Virus record (IMG/VR): IMGVR_UViG_3300017774_004344
Coordinates: 27,650 to 91,649 of that record
Source of the DNA: a virus
Reading direction: 5' to 3' (one strand)
Length of the DNA stretch: 64,000 bases
In this document: positions 38,786 to 46,444 of the stretch, one piece after another
Layout: every line of letters starts with the position of its first letter
Numbering within the stretch: the first letter of the stretch is position 1
Notes under the pieces: generated by a model
The model's input: the letters and a program-made list of their open reading frames with translations, nothing else
Database searches by the model: none
What the model was told of the DNA's origin: nothing
Program-made: the position numbers and the translations under genes

Positions 38786-39205
38786 CTAGCGGGGGGAACC
38801 GGTGGGCACTGTAGGCGGAGCCGCAGAAGCAGGCTTCTTAGGCCCAACTTTCTTCTCACCTGCTACAGATCCCCAAGCCACCATTACCGGTTTTCCACCT
38901 TTCATAGCCCATCCGAACTTTTTACCACCGGCACTTACTGCCTTGTTATTCTCAAAAGCCGAGCCTTCTTTCTTAGCTTGATCTTTTAGGGATCTTTCCT
39001 GGTCAGTGTCGTCTCCTACTTGCTGTTCTCCGTTAGCATTAACGCGGCGGCATACCCCGAAGACCATCTTTTGATTTGGTGGACAGGGATCACCAGGGTT
39101 GAGAGATAAGGAAGGGGCAGGGTCTGCAAAGTTCCAATCTACCACAATATAATCCACTCCTTCTCGTAAGTGATCTACCGAGGGGATGTTGAAGCTTCCT
39201 AGCAT
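38786..39205 (-). CDS. Hypothetical protein
   Basis: MLGSF N-terminus; GGGTAAAC upstream. Confidence 0.7.
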   Translation of the reverse strand: MLGSFNIPSVDHLREGVDYIVVDWNFADPAPSLSLNPGDPCPPNQKMVFGVCRRVNANGEQQVGDDTDQERSLKDQAKKEGSAFENNKAVSAGGKKFGWAMKGGKPVMVAWGSVAGEKKVGPKKPASAAPPTVPTGSPR

Positions 39206-39301
39206 GTTCAGAGTGTGGTATTAATGAAGTTTACCCTATTGCTCTCTAAACTGTCCTCAGTTACTTTAGTTAATGTTTTCCTTATGACTATTTAGTTATA
39301 C

Positions 39302-39652
39302 TTACCATTTTTCAAGATTGGCCCAATAGCTAGCGGAAGACTTACCCTTCGCAATATTAGCCGCATGTCTTGCCTTGAAAGCCTCTCTCCTGGCTTTATA
39401 AGCCTCTGATTCTCCTTCTTTTTTCGGCGACCCTTTCACACCTTGCTGCCCGAACCGAATCATCTTTCCGCCTTTTGGGGCTCCAGGATAACACGCCTTA
39501 ACTATATGTGATTTCGTAGGGTGACTTGGAGTGGCGTGAGGGTCATTGCAATCTAGTGAATTTTTGTCAACTTTCTCGACGTACTTTTCTATTGCCGCTT
39601 CCAGGAAAGAATCATAAGCAGATTGTAAAAAAGATCCCCACATTTCAATCAA
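39302..39652 (-). CDS. Conserved basic phage protein
   Basis: HPTKSH.V.A...K.IRFGQQG...R..FKARH...SA.YWA...W pattern recognised from other phage hypotheticals. Confidence 0.7.
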   Translation of the reverse strand: MIEMWGSFLQSAYDSFLEAAIEKYVEKVDKNSLDCNDPHATPSHPTKSHIVKACYPGAPKGGKMIRFGQQGVKGSPKKEGESEAYKARREAFKARHAANIAKGKSSASYWANLEKW

Positions 39653-40023
39653 TCTCTGTATTGTAAAGCGTCGGCGATTGCAGTCATTCCATGCTCAGCC
39701 TCGGCCAACTTCGCAGCCATCCAAGGGTCCAAGTTTGAGTAGGGGCCGATCATTTCAAGAATGGTTTCAACGTTGTCCTGCATCGATCGAAGTTGGGTCA
39801 TAGCCATGCCCCCGTTCGGCTCAAAGTCCTCGTTGTCTTGATCCTCGTTCTCGTAATCTGAATCGTAATCGTCCTCGTCGTCTTCACCCATGAAAAAAGA
39901 GTCAGGGTTCCTGCCCGGTTCTTTCTCGAATGCGGGAGCAATCCCCATGAAATTGCTCGGGTTTTCGACCCCATATTTGTAAGCTTTGTAAGCTTCCGGA
40001 GAAAAAGATCCCAAGTTACTCAT
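39649..40023 (-). CDS. Acidic hypothetical protein
   Basis: LGSFSPEAY N-terminus; MAMTQL...LDPWMAAKL; GGGTAAAA upstream. Confidence 0.7.
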   Translation of the reverse strand: MSNLGSFSPEAYKAYKYGVENPSNFMGIAPAFEKEPGRNPDSFFMGEDDEDDYDSDYENEDQDNEDFEPNGGMAMTQLRSMQDNVETILEMIGPYSNLDPWMAAKLAEAEHGMTAIADALQYRD

Positions 40024-40039
40024 TTTTCTAAATTCTTAA

Positions 40040-40552
40040 CTAATGTGTTTTACCCTTGGCTTTCTTCCACAAGTCTGCGTCGGCTTTCCGTGCTCCTCCT
40101 ACTCCCGTGATGAAACTTGACACTCTTGCCTGAGCCCATTGCTGCGGTGCAACACCAGGACGGTGTCCAGACCTCCAGGCTGCCATCCCCCTCTTAAATA
40201 CCTGTCTCAGTATAGGTAAAGGAATTCCCGACTTTTTTGACTTATTCTTAAGTGCTGTGTCTGAAGGCGAAGATTCAGTAAAGTTGCGCTCAAACGCTTC
40301 CGTGGCAGGAGACTTAGGAATTTTCTTCTCTCGGTTTCGAAAACTCTTATCCGACTCCCAGTCTTTATACAATTCCTTCGCTGAGGTTTTCTTGCTGCTG
40401 GCCTTCTCCATAGTCTCTTCAGCTTCACGTTTTGCAATTCCTTGCTCTCGTTCAGTTAGACCTTTTTTGTAGGAGGCTGGAAGTGCCTTTTCAATGTAAT
40501 CTAGATCGAAACCCAAACCTTCCAGGCGATTCCAGTCGTAGCTCTCACTCAC
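40040..40552 (-). CDS. DUF5824-like basic protein
   Basis: KSKKSGIP..IL.QV..RG.AAW.SGHRPG...QQWA.ARV.SF. Confidence 0.65.
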   Translation of the reverse strand: MSESYDWNRLEGLGFDLDYIEKALPASYKKGLTEREQGIAKREAEETMEKASSKKTSAKELYKDWESDKSFRNREKKIPKSPATEAFERNFTESSPSDTALKNKSKKSGIPLPILRQVFKRGMAAWRSGHRPGVAPQQWAQARVSSFITGVGGARKADADLWKKAKGKTH

Positions 40553-40916
40553 CTTCTTTCTCTCTATGTTTGTAGAACTGCATCGACAATTCTTCCACTT
40601 TGTCCACCAACCTTAAGTGGTCTGACTTGAGTGTGTACTTTTCCGGTAGTTCCGCTCTCATATCATTAAGAGACCTTTCTACATTTTTGATATGGTTTAA
40701 TACGTTCTCATTTTGAAGAGTATTAGCAGAAATCAAAGTATTGATTCTCTCGTCGTTTTCCTTGATGAGTTTTTCGATTTTAGTGTCGGCACCTGTTCTT
40801 AAATCGTCGACTATTTTGCTGTTTTTACCTTGGATGGCAAACGTTCCACCAATTCCTGCTATAGCAGCAGTGAGAATCCAACCGGCAATGGCTAAGGGTA
40901 TCTCTATCATTCCCAT
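40545..40916 (-). CDS. Single-TM coiled-coil membrane protein (lysis-related candidate)
   Basis: N-terminal hydrophobic helix followed by a coiled coil. Confidence 0.55.
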   Translation of the reverse strand: MGMIEIPLAIAGWILTAAIAGIGGTFAIQGKNSKIVDDLRTGADTKIEKLIKENDERINTLISANTLQNENVLNHIKNVERSLNDMRAELPEKYTLKSDHLRLVDKVEELSMQFYKHREKEGE

Positions 40917-40920
40917 TTTT

Positions 40921-41895
40921 TCACTCCGGTAATCCTGACTGGCCTACTTTCAGGCGGTCTTTAACCGTCTGAGGTAGGCCCGATTCCCATCCATTCTTCT
41001 TAGCAATTGCTATGATTTCGGTCATTACTTCCCGAGGGTTTGAAGCTCTACCAGCGGAAGACCACGCGGCTGAAACATCCTTTGGACTTGCGATCGGGAA
41101 AGACATACCCGGACCAGCTAATTGACCGACAATATCTCCTTTTTTCATAGACTTCCTCTTTTCTGAGGGCCATTCACGAAAGTCTGGAGAAGGTAGGCCA
41201 GACTCGCCTTTCTCCATGCGATCTTTCACAGTCTGGGGTAAACCCGATCCCCAATCGTATTTCTTTGAAATCCTTAAAATTTCAGCCATTATTTTGCGAG
41301 GGTTTGCTGCCCGTCCAACAGAGGACCACGCGGCTGAAACATCCTCTGGACTTGCGATCGGGAAAGACATACCCGGACCAGCGAATTCTCCCTTAGCCTC
41401 CCCAGTTTGAAGCTTTTTGCGCTTTTCAGTCGTCCATTCACGAAATTCTGTGTCCGCTTTCGCTTTTGCTTTGCAGGAAGAGCAAGAACACTTTCCAGGG
41501 CTTTTGCAACTTTTAGAACAACCCTCACCGAAAGGTTGTGGCATTGACATCAGCTCCGTATCGTCCGCGAAGTTGTACTCGCTTCTCTTGATTTCACGGA
41601 AAGCTTCCATTCGGGCCGTCTTACGACCGAAAATCTCTTTCATGGCAGCTTGACCGTCTGTGTGAGCATCACGATCGCGATTCACCAAGTTTTCCCTTCT
41701 TTGGCGGCTTGCCTTATTGGCGTCCAAGATAGCTTCATTGTGAAAAGACATGTTACCATCCTTATCAGTGCGCCACTTTTCCCCCGAGCGGTTCATCTCC
41801 TGGAGTTTGCCGGTAGAGATGGCGGTAGCTGCATTAAGAGAACCGCCAACTCCAGGTAAGCTTACAGTCGAAAAATCTAAATTAGCTCCGTACAT
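40921..41895 (-). CDS. Protein with Cys-rich linker and two tandem 88-aa domains (DUF6582-like)
   Basis: FREW...AGPGMSFPIASP.DVSAAWSS.GRA.NPR occurs twice. Confidence 0.75.
   Translation of the reverse strand: MYGANLDFSTVSLPGVGGSLNAATAISTGKLQEMNRSGEKWRTDKDGNMSFHNEAILDANKASRQRRENLVNRDRDAHTDGQAAMKEIFGRKTARMEAFREIKRSEYNFADDTELMSMPQPFGEGCSKSCKSPGKCSCSSCKAKAKADTEFREWTTEKRKKLQTGEAKGEFAGPGMSFPIASPEDVSAAWSSVGRAANPRKIMAEILRISKKYDWGSGLPQTVKDRMEKGESGLPSPDFREWPSEKRKSMKKGDIVGQLAGPGMSFPIASPKDVSAAWSSAGRASNPREVMTEIIAIAKKNGWESGLPQTVKDRLKVGQSGLPE
40924..41448. repeat. 264-bp-period coding direct repeat, two copies
   Basis: gaccacgcggctgaaacatcctYtggacttgcgatcgggaaagacatacccggaccagc at 41060 and 41324. Confidence 0.9.
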
Positions 41896-41913
41896 AAAGA
41901 CACGACGTTGATC

Positions 41914-42279
41914 CTAAACTTTACCCTCTTGATCTTCGTCCCCATTTTTGTTCTTAATACTTCCTCTTACCGAGTTAAGTATCTCGGAAACATTTTGACG
42001 GGAGGAAGGAACGAGAAGGGCTAGGATCGTTGTCAGAGCCAGCTTTCCGGTCTCGTTAAAGGAATTCGTGGCATTGTTGCAAATGAGAGTGACCTGAGTC
42101 GAGTCTTTATCTAAGACAGCAGAAGATTGGCAGGACCAAGTTTGGTAACCTACCGTAATAAACTGCATTAGGAAAATTCCAGCCAATGCGCGGATGAGAA
42201 AGGCTCTTTCATTGAACGCTGCCACTGTTACCTCAATCTTCTTCAAGATCGTAATTAAGTTCTTTGGACTCGGATTCAA
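41914..42279 (-). CDS. Two-TM membrane protein (holin-like candidate)
   Basis: Two hydrophobic segments and a charged C-terminus. Confidence 0.45.
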   Translation of the reverse strand: MNPSPKNLITILKKIEVTVAAFNERAFLIRALAGIFLMQFITVGYQTWSCQSSAVLDKDSTQVTLICNNATNSFNETGKLALTTILALLVPSSRQNVSEILNSVRGSIKNKNGDEDQEGKV

Positions 42280-42769
42280 TCTCGGCGATCAAGGCGTCAA
42301 TTTCTTCGTCTGTGATCTCCGGCTCGTCCGCCTCTTCATCTTCTTCTTCTTCACTTAGAAGTTCTTCAATCAACCTTTCAAGTTCTTCATCGGAAAGTTC
42401 GTCCTCGTCCTCCTTCTCTTCGTAATAGGAAAGGTCATCGTCGCCTTCGTCGGCTAGAAGCTGTTCGACAAGTTCTTCGAGTTCTTCTTCGGAGAGATCA
42501 TCAAGTTCGTCGTACTCGCTTTCTTCAGCAAGTTCTTCTAAGCCAGGTACGAGAACTTGGTTCGGTTGAAAGTCCTTGTTTGTACCGTCATTCGCTTTCC
42601 ACAACCCCGTGTGTTGGAGCCAAGGGGAAGTGTTTAGGATCAAGTTTGTAGGTAGGCCAGTGTACTGGTCTGTTTCTTGGTCTTCCGGCTCTAGGATTTG
42701 TGCTGCGTACGCTGCTCTGAAGGCTTCAATCGAGTCAGGGTCAAAGTCACCGTTGATTCTGTTGGACAT
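42233..42769 (-). CDS. Highly acidic protein (scaffold-like or DNA mimic)
   Basis: Three L[ST][DE]EE[LI]..L[IV] acidic repeats; N-terminal GDFDPDSIEAF. Confidence 0.7.
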   Translation of the reverse strand: MSNRINGDFDPDSIEAFRAAYAAQILEPEDQETDQYTGLPTNLILNTSPWLQHTGLWKANDGTNKDFQPNQVLVPGLEELAEESEYDELDDLSEEELEELVEQLLADEGDDDLSYYEEKEDEDELSDEELERLIEELLSEEEEDEEADEPEITDEEIDALIAEIESESKELNYDLEED

Positions 42770-42810
42770 TGTATGGTTTGTAGACTGCTAAACTTTACCC
42801 TTAGAACGGG

Positions 42811-43209
42811 TCAGATCGACTCATACTTACCAGAGATATCCTGAAGCATCTTCCCGTTACCTTGGAGGTCCTCGCGGTACTTTTTGATTTCCGTATGCAC
42901 CTCGGCGCGAAACTTTCCTTCGTCTATGAGCTTTTTCCTGCGGTCTTCCTTTGTTTCTTCTTTCTTCGCAACTATTTCCCCGTCCTCAGAAACTTCAAAC
43001 TCCTTAGAGAGCTTTCCAGGGGCAGGTTGTTGAGGGTTCACTTCTACTGTCAAGCGGTCAAGTAGATTGTCAAAGCGGTCCCGAAGCGAGCGCCGGCAAA
43101 TCGCGTCGGCAGCGATGTCCATCGGGCCGCAGGGTATGCGGTATTGCCCCTCAATTTTATCCTTAGTCTTTGACATAGTTAAGCTCCAGTGCGGGGCTTT
43201 TCCGCCCAT
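42811..43209 (-). CDS. Hypothetical protein
   Basis: Operon position; probable start MSKTK. Confidence 0.65.
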   Translation of the reverse strand: MGGKAPHWSLTMSKTKDKIEGQYRIPCGPMDIAADAICRRSLRDRFDNLLDRLTVEVNPQQPAPGKLSKEFEVSEDGEIVAKKEETKEDRRKKLIDEGKFRAEVHTEIKKYREDLQGNGKMLQDISGKYESI

Positions 43210-43514
43210 TCTTTTTCATAGTCGGCATAGTGCCGGCCCTTTTGTTTTTCCTTGAGTGGTTTTGCCGAGGTTTTATTTGACTCTCTCATACCAAGAATTA
43301 AGGTGTCTCGCATTGCTCGGAGTTGCTCACGGGGTATTGAGCAAAAGTTGCTGTCTCGGTAGGAACGAAACTTGTGTGCAACGTCGTGAGGGTCGTCGCA
43401 CTGCAGGAGGACTGACCACACCCCATAGGCTTGGGGGTGGCTCAGTGTGCCGGGTGGTAGACCTTGCTCCAAGGTGAAGCGGTCGGGGCGGGGGAAGCGG
43501 GTGTCTCTCCTCAT
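43179..43514 (-). CDS. Hypothetical protein downstream of the HNH nuclease
   Basis: Starts 4 nt after the HNH protein stop. Confidence 0.65.
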   Translation of the reverse strand: MRRDTRFPRPDRFTLEQGLPPGTLSHPQAYGVWSVLLQCDDPHDVAHKFRSYRDSNFCSIPREQLRAMRDTLILGMRESNKTSAKPLKEKQKGRHYADYEKEWAEKPRTGA

Positions 43515-43518
43515 AGTT

Positions 43519-45144
43519 TCACTCTAGCATAACATTTAGATTGGGCACGAAGTTATTCAGCAATTCCGCCAATTTTTCACCGTATTCTGAGCTCTTTTGT
43601 GTCTGAAGTTTAAGTCTCGCGTTGTTGTCTCCTCTCACAGACTGCGCTTCACTGTCGGTTAAAATACGAGCTTTTCTTAAATCATCTAAGCCTTCCTTGA
43701 GAGCTTCTTTCTTTGTGGGGTCGATAGCAGCCAACGCTACCAAAACCGCTGTGCTCGGTTTCACATTGGTTCCAGGTAATTTTGAAACTCCGTTGTTCAT
43801 AAAAGCGGGTTTGCCGCCGTTTCTGTGGTCTAAGTCTCTATCCTGGTGTTGCCAGCCTACCTCGGCCGCTCTCACTAGGTATCGAACTTTATCACCGTAA
43901 GCCTGAATCAACCCTTTCACTCCTGCAATTCTTTCTTCGGGTGTCTGAGACGATAAAGCCTTGGCTATATCTGTGGGAGCAGACCCCTTCTTACCTTTGG
44001 CCGCTTCAGCTTTGCTTGCAGCGGGGTTATATACCTCGCGCTCGTAAGCCTCTCTGCCCATTTTTTTGAACTCTTGAAGACGTTCTTTCCACTCCACGAA
44101 ATTGTCGCCGGAGCCCGCTTTTTGGTTGTTCGGTTGGGATGCCGACCAAAGCAGGTTGCGAGGTTGGTCACCGCCACCACCCTTTGCGAGTGCGTGGGCA
44201 AATGCAACCATGTGCTCTGGCTCTGCATTTCGAATATCTATAGGTTTTCCTGTGTAAGGGTCTAGTCCTCCCTGTTCCATCCAGCGCTTAACCAAGAAAA
44301 CCCCTCTCTCTCGTGTAGGTTTGTCTGAAAAGGTAGGATTTCCGTCATTATCGTTTCCGGCGAACATTACCGACTCTCCTGTAACAGCCCCCGCCTTGTC
44401 TATAGCGGACCGCACTTTCGAGGGAAGCATGTAGTAAGCAGTCGTCGCAACTTCATCCGAGACCTTATTCACAAGGTAGTTTGAGCTTATTAGGTCCCCC
44501 ATACCCCCCCTTTGAGATGGGTCGAATTTTCCGTTTGAACCGAAGGAATTCTGATAAGCTTGTTCTAACTGTTCTAATTTCCCTGGCTTCAAGACAGCCT
44601 CTATATCTTCGAAGCTCATCACACGGGGAGCGTTCCTGTCTTGGCCGGGGGTTAAAGTGGTGCTAATGAGAAGCTTAGCTACCGAGTCTAACTCTGTCTC
44701 GGAAGTTTTGCCCGAATCCACTAGTTTCTTAAAGAGGTCAAACGCTTTTAGTTGGGAGTTTTCTGTACTTTTTATCTTTGAGACAACCTCTTCTGATTGT
44801 TCTTCTGAAATTCTATCTTCGCTCACTTGCTCAGATAGGACTTTGGACAGTCTTGTTAATGCAATTCCGAGTGGAGCAGGCAAAGTTGATATGCAATCAT
44901 CATTCTTGTGAATACACGTTGCAGAACAAGGCTTGCCTGAGGAACACTTTTTAGCTTTCCCTGCAGACTGAGAAGCTTTTTCCTTCGCCTTTTGTATCTC
45001 TAGACTTGTGTGTTTTCCCCTCAGGGAAGAGCCACCTGTAGCCTGCTTTTCTCGTCTTGCTTCATCCTGGAGAGCTTCCAGGACTCCTTCCCCTACTTTT
45101 TCAAGCCTTGAGGAGAAATTTTGCCAGAGAAATTTACTGCTCAC
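43519..45144 (-). CDS. HNH-domain protein with N-proximal Cys4 motif
   Basis: QGGLDPYTGKPI...EPEHMVA...GGGD.P.NLLW...PNNQK; CSSGKPCSATCIHKNDDC. Confidence 0.75.
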   Translation of the reverse strand: MSSKFLWQNFSSRLEKVGEGVLEALQDEARREKQATGGSSLRGKHTSLEIQKAKEKASQSAGKAKKCSSGKPCSATCIHKNDDCISTLPAPLGIALTRLSKVLSEQVSEDRISEEQSEEVVSKIKSTENSQLKAFDLFKKLVDSGKTSETELDSVAKLLISTTLTPGQDRNAPRVMSFEDIEAVLKPGKLEQLEQAYQNSFGSNGKFDPSQRGGMGDLISSNYLVNKVSDEVATTAYYMLPSKVRSAIDKAGAVTGESVMFAGNDNDGNPTFSDKPTRERGVFLVKRWMEQGGLDPYTGKPIDIRNAEPEHMVAFAHALAKGGGGDQPRNLLWSASQPNNQKAGSGDNFVEWKERLQEFKKMGREAYEREVYNPAASKAEAAKGKKGSAPTDIAKALSSQTPEERIAGVKGLIQAYGDKVRYLVRAAEVGWQHQDRDLDHRNGGKPAFMNNGVSKLPGTNVKPSTAVLVALAAIDPTKKEALKEGLDDLRKARILTDSEAQSVRGDNNARLKLQTQKSSEYGEKLAELLNNFVPNLNVMLE

Positions 45145-45183
45145 GTTCCAGCATAAGACACGATATGTAGTATTTTACCCTAC

Positions 45184-45207
45184 AAAATAGGGGCCGAAGC
45201 CCCCTTA
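45184..45207 (-). terminator. Intrinsic terminator after phoH
   Basis: ggggc-ttcg-gcccc stem-loop followed by tatttt on the minus strand. Confidence 0.7.
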
Positions 45208-45227
45208 GTCGTTAATCGTTAAACCAG

Positions 45228-45950
45228 TCAATCTTCGTACCGTTCCAAAATGTGAGCAATGACGGAGTTTCGAACGATGTCTTCTTTCTGAAACTGTATT
45301 ATACCCACTTGTTCTAGGCTCTTCAGTCTATGAATAGCATCAAGTAAGCCATTATCCCTCCTAAAAGCATCTAGATCAGCTTGCCTAGTATCCCCAATAA
45401 GGCAAATTTTAGAATCTTTCCCTACTCGGGAGAGAGCCGTCTTACAATGGGTAGATAGAAAGTTCTGAGCTTCATCAACAATAACGAACGAATTATTGAG
45501 CGATCTTCCGCGTATATCTTCCAGGAGGATAGGCTCTATTATTTTCTTAGAGAGCAGGTATTCAGCAGCACCTTGAGAGCGCATGATACATGGAAGATTG
45601 TCGTAGATGGGGGCCACCAGAGGGGCCATTTTTTCCGACATTTCTCCTGGTAAGGATCCCCTACCTCTTTGCAATTCCACTCCCACATCGCTGCGAACAT
45701 AGTAGATCTTGTCAAAGTTTCCCTCGGAAACTCCTACGAGTCCGTAGTGCAGGGCTATAAGGGTCTTACCCGTGCCAGCATGCCCAGCGGCTATGGTAAC
45801 AGTATTCTTGCTAAGAAGGTTCCAAAATTCTTCTTGTCTCCAAGTTAAGAATTTCGGTGCGGAAATGTCCATTCCCCTGTTATAGGAGCGTTCGACCATT
45901 TGGGCAGACTCAGCACGGCGCGATCTGCGCTTTTCTCTAGATTTCAGCAT
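45228..45950 (-). CDS. phoH: PhoH-like ATPase
   Basis: GHAGTGKT, G.LPG...EK..P, IRGRSL, IVDEAQN, SRVG..SK...GD..QAD, IVRN. Confidence 0.95.
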   Translation of the reverse strand: MLKSREKRRSRRAESAQMVERSYNRGMDISAPKFLTWRQEEFWNLLSKNTVTIAAGHAGTGKTLIALHYGLVGVSEGNFDKIYYVRSDVGVELQRGRGSLPGEMSEKMAPLVAPIYDNLPCIMRSQGAAEYLLSKKIIEPILLEDIRGRSLNNSFVIVDEAQNFLSTHCKTALSRVGKDSKICLIGDTRQADLDAFRRDNGLLDAIHRLKSLEQVGIIQFQKEDIVRNSVIAHILERYED

Positions 45951-46051
45951 TTGGTAAAGAGGGTTTGTGACAACTGTGGATAACGTGTATGCTTCGTTGC
46001 TATTTGGATTACATGATCCTCACCCCCTTCGAAACTAATAGGCAGAGTCAT
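45944..46051 (-). CDS. Possible 35-aa leader ORF overlapping the phoH start (MTLPISFEGGEDHV...LFTKC)
   Basis: ATG about 28 nt below GGGTAAAA (46079-46086); stop overlaps phoH codons 2-3. Confidence 0.4.
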   Translation of the reverse strand: MTLPISFEGGEDHVIQIATKHTRYPQLSQTLFTKC

Positions 46052-46108
46052 TTGTGAAAGGGCGACTCTACAACCCTATTTTACCCTCGGTGCCGGGAAG
46101 GTAACCGG

Positions 46109-46130
46109 AAAAGCCATCTTTCGATGGCTT
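46109..46130 (-). terminator. Intrinsic terminator
   Basis: aagccatc-gaaa-gatggctt followed by tt. Confidence 0.65.
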
Positions 46131-46181
46131 AAGAGCTAAAGAGACCACCATTCATCACGGTTTAGTAATCGCTCTATGTAC

Positions 46182-46385
46182 TCATTCCTGGACCCCTTCA
46201 ACGAACAAGTCGAACCCGTTGGCTCCGCCACACCATCGGGAGTAGGAGTCTTCAGGTATGACATACTGGGGTCTTTTTTTCGCTTGATTAAGGTACTTAT
46301 CCGAGGTAAGGTCTGTAATGAGGCAACGAGTGCCGTGAAGCTCCTGCATGATAGCAGGGTTTTTATCAGTTGGTGAAATAGCCAT
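46182..46385 (-). CDS. Hypothetical protein
   Basis: ORF 46182..46412; ATG at 46385 (MAISPT) preferred. Confidence 0.6.
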   Translation of the reverse strand: MAISPTDKNPAIMQELHGTRCLITDLTSDKYLNQAKKRPQYVIPEDSYSRWCGGANGFDLFVEGVQE

Positions 46386-46444
46386 TTTGATACTGTTGGT
46401 GAACAACAGCAACTTTTTATGCGGTTGCGAATCGCAATTTGTCG

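Noticed and set aside
39240-39300. AT-rich spacer with ACTAAATA resembling a T4-like late promoter
   Set aside because: Single occurrence with no ORF directly attached; the downstream gene already has GGGTAAAC.
43519-45144. Cas9/IscB-like nuclease, suggested by the YTG...H...N...N.K HNH motif
   Set aside because: No RuvC motifs or bridge helix are evident, and there is no adjacent array or room for a guide RNA.
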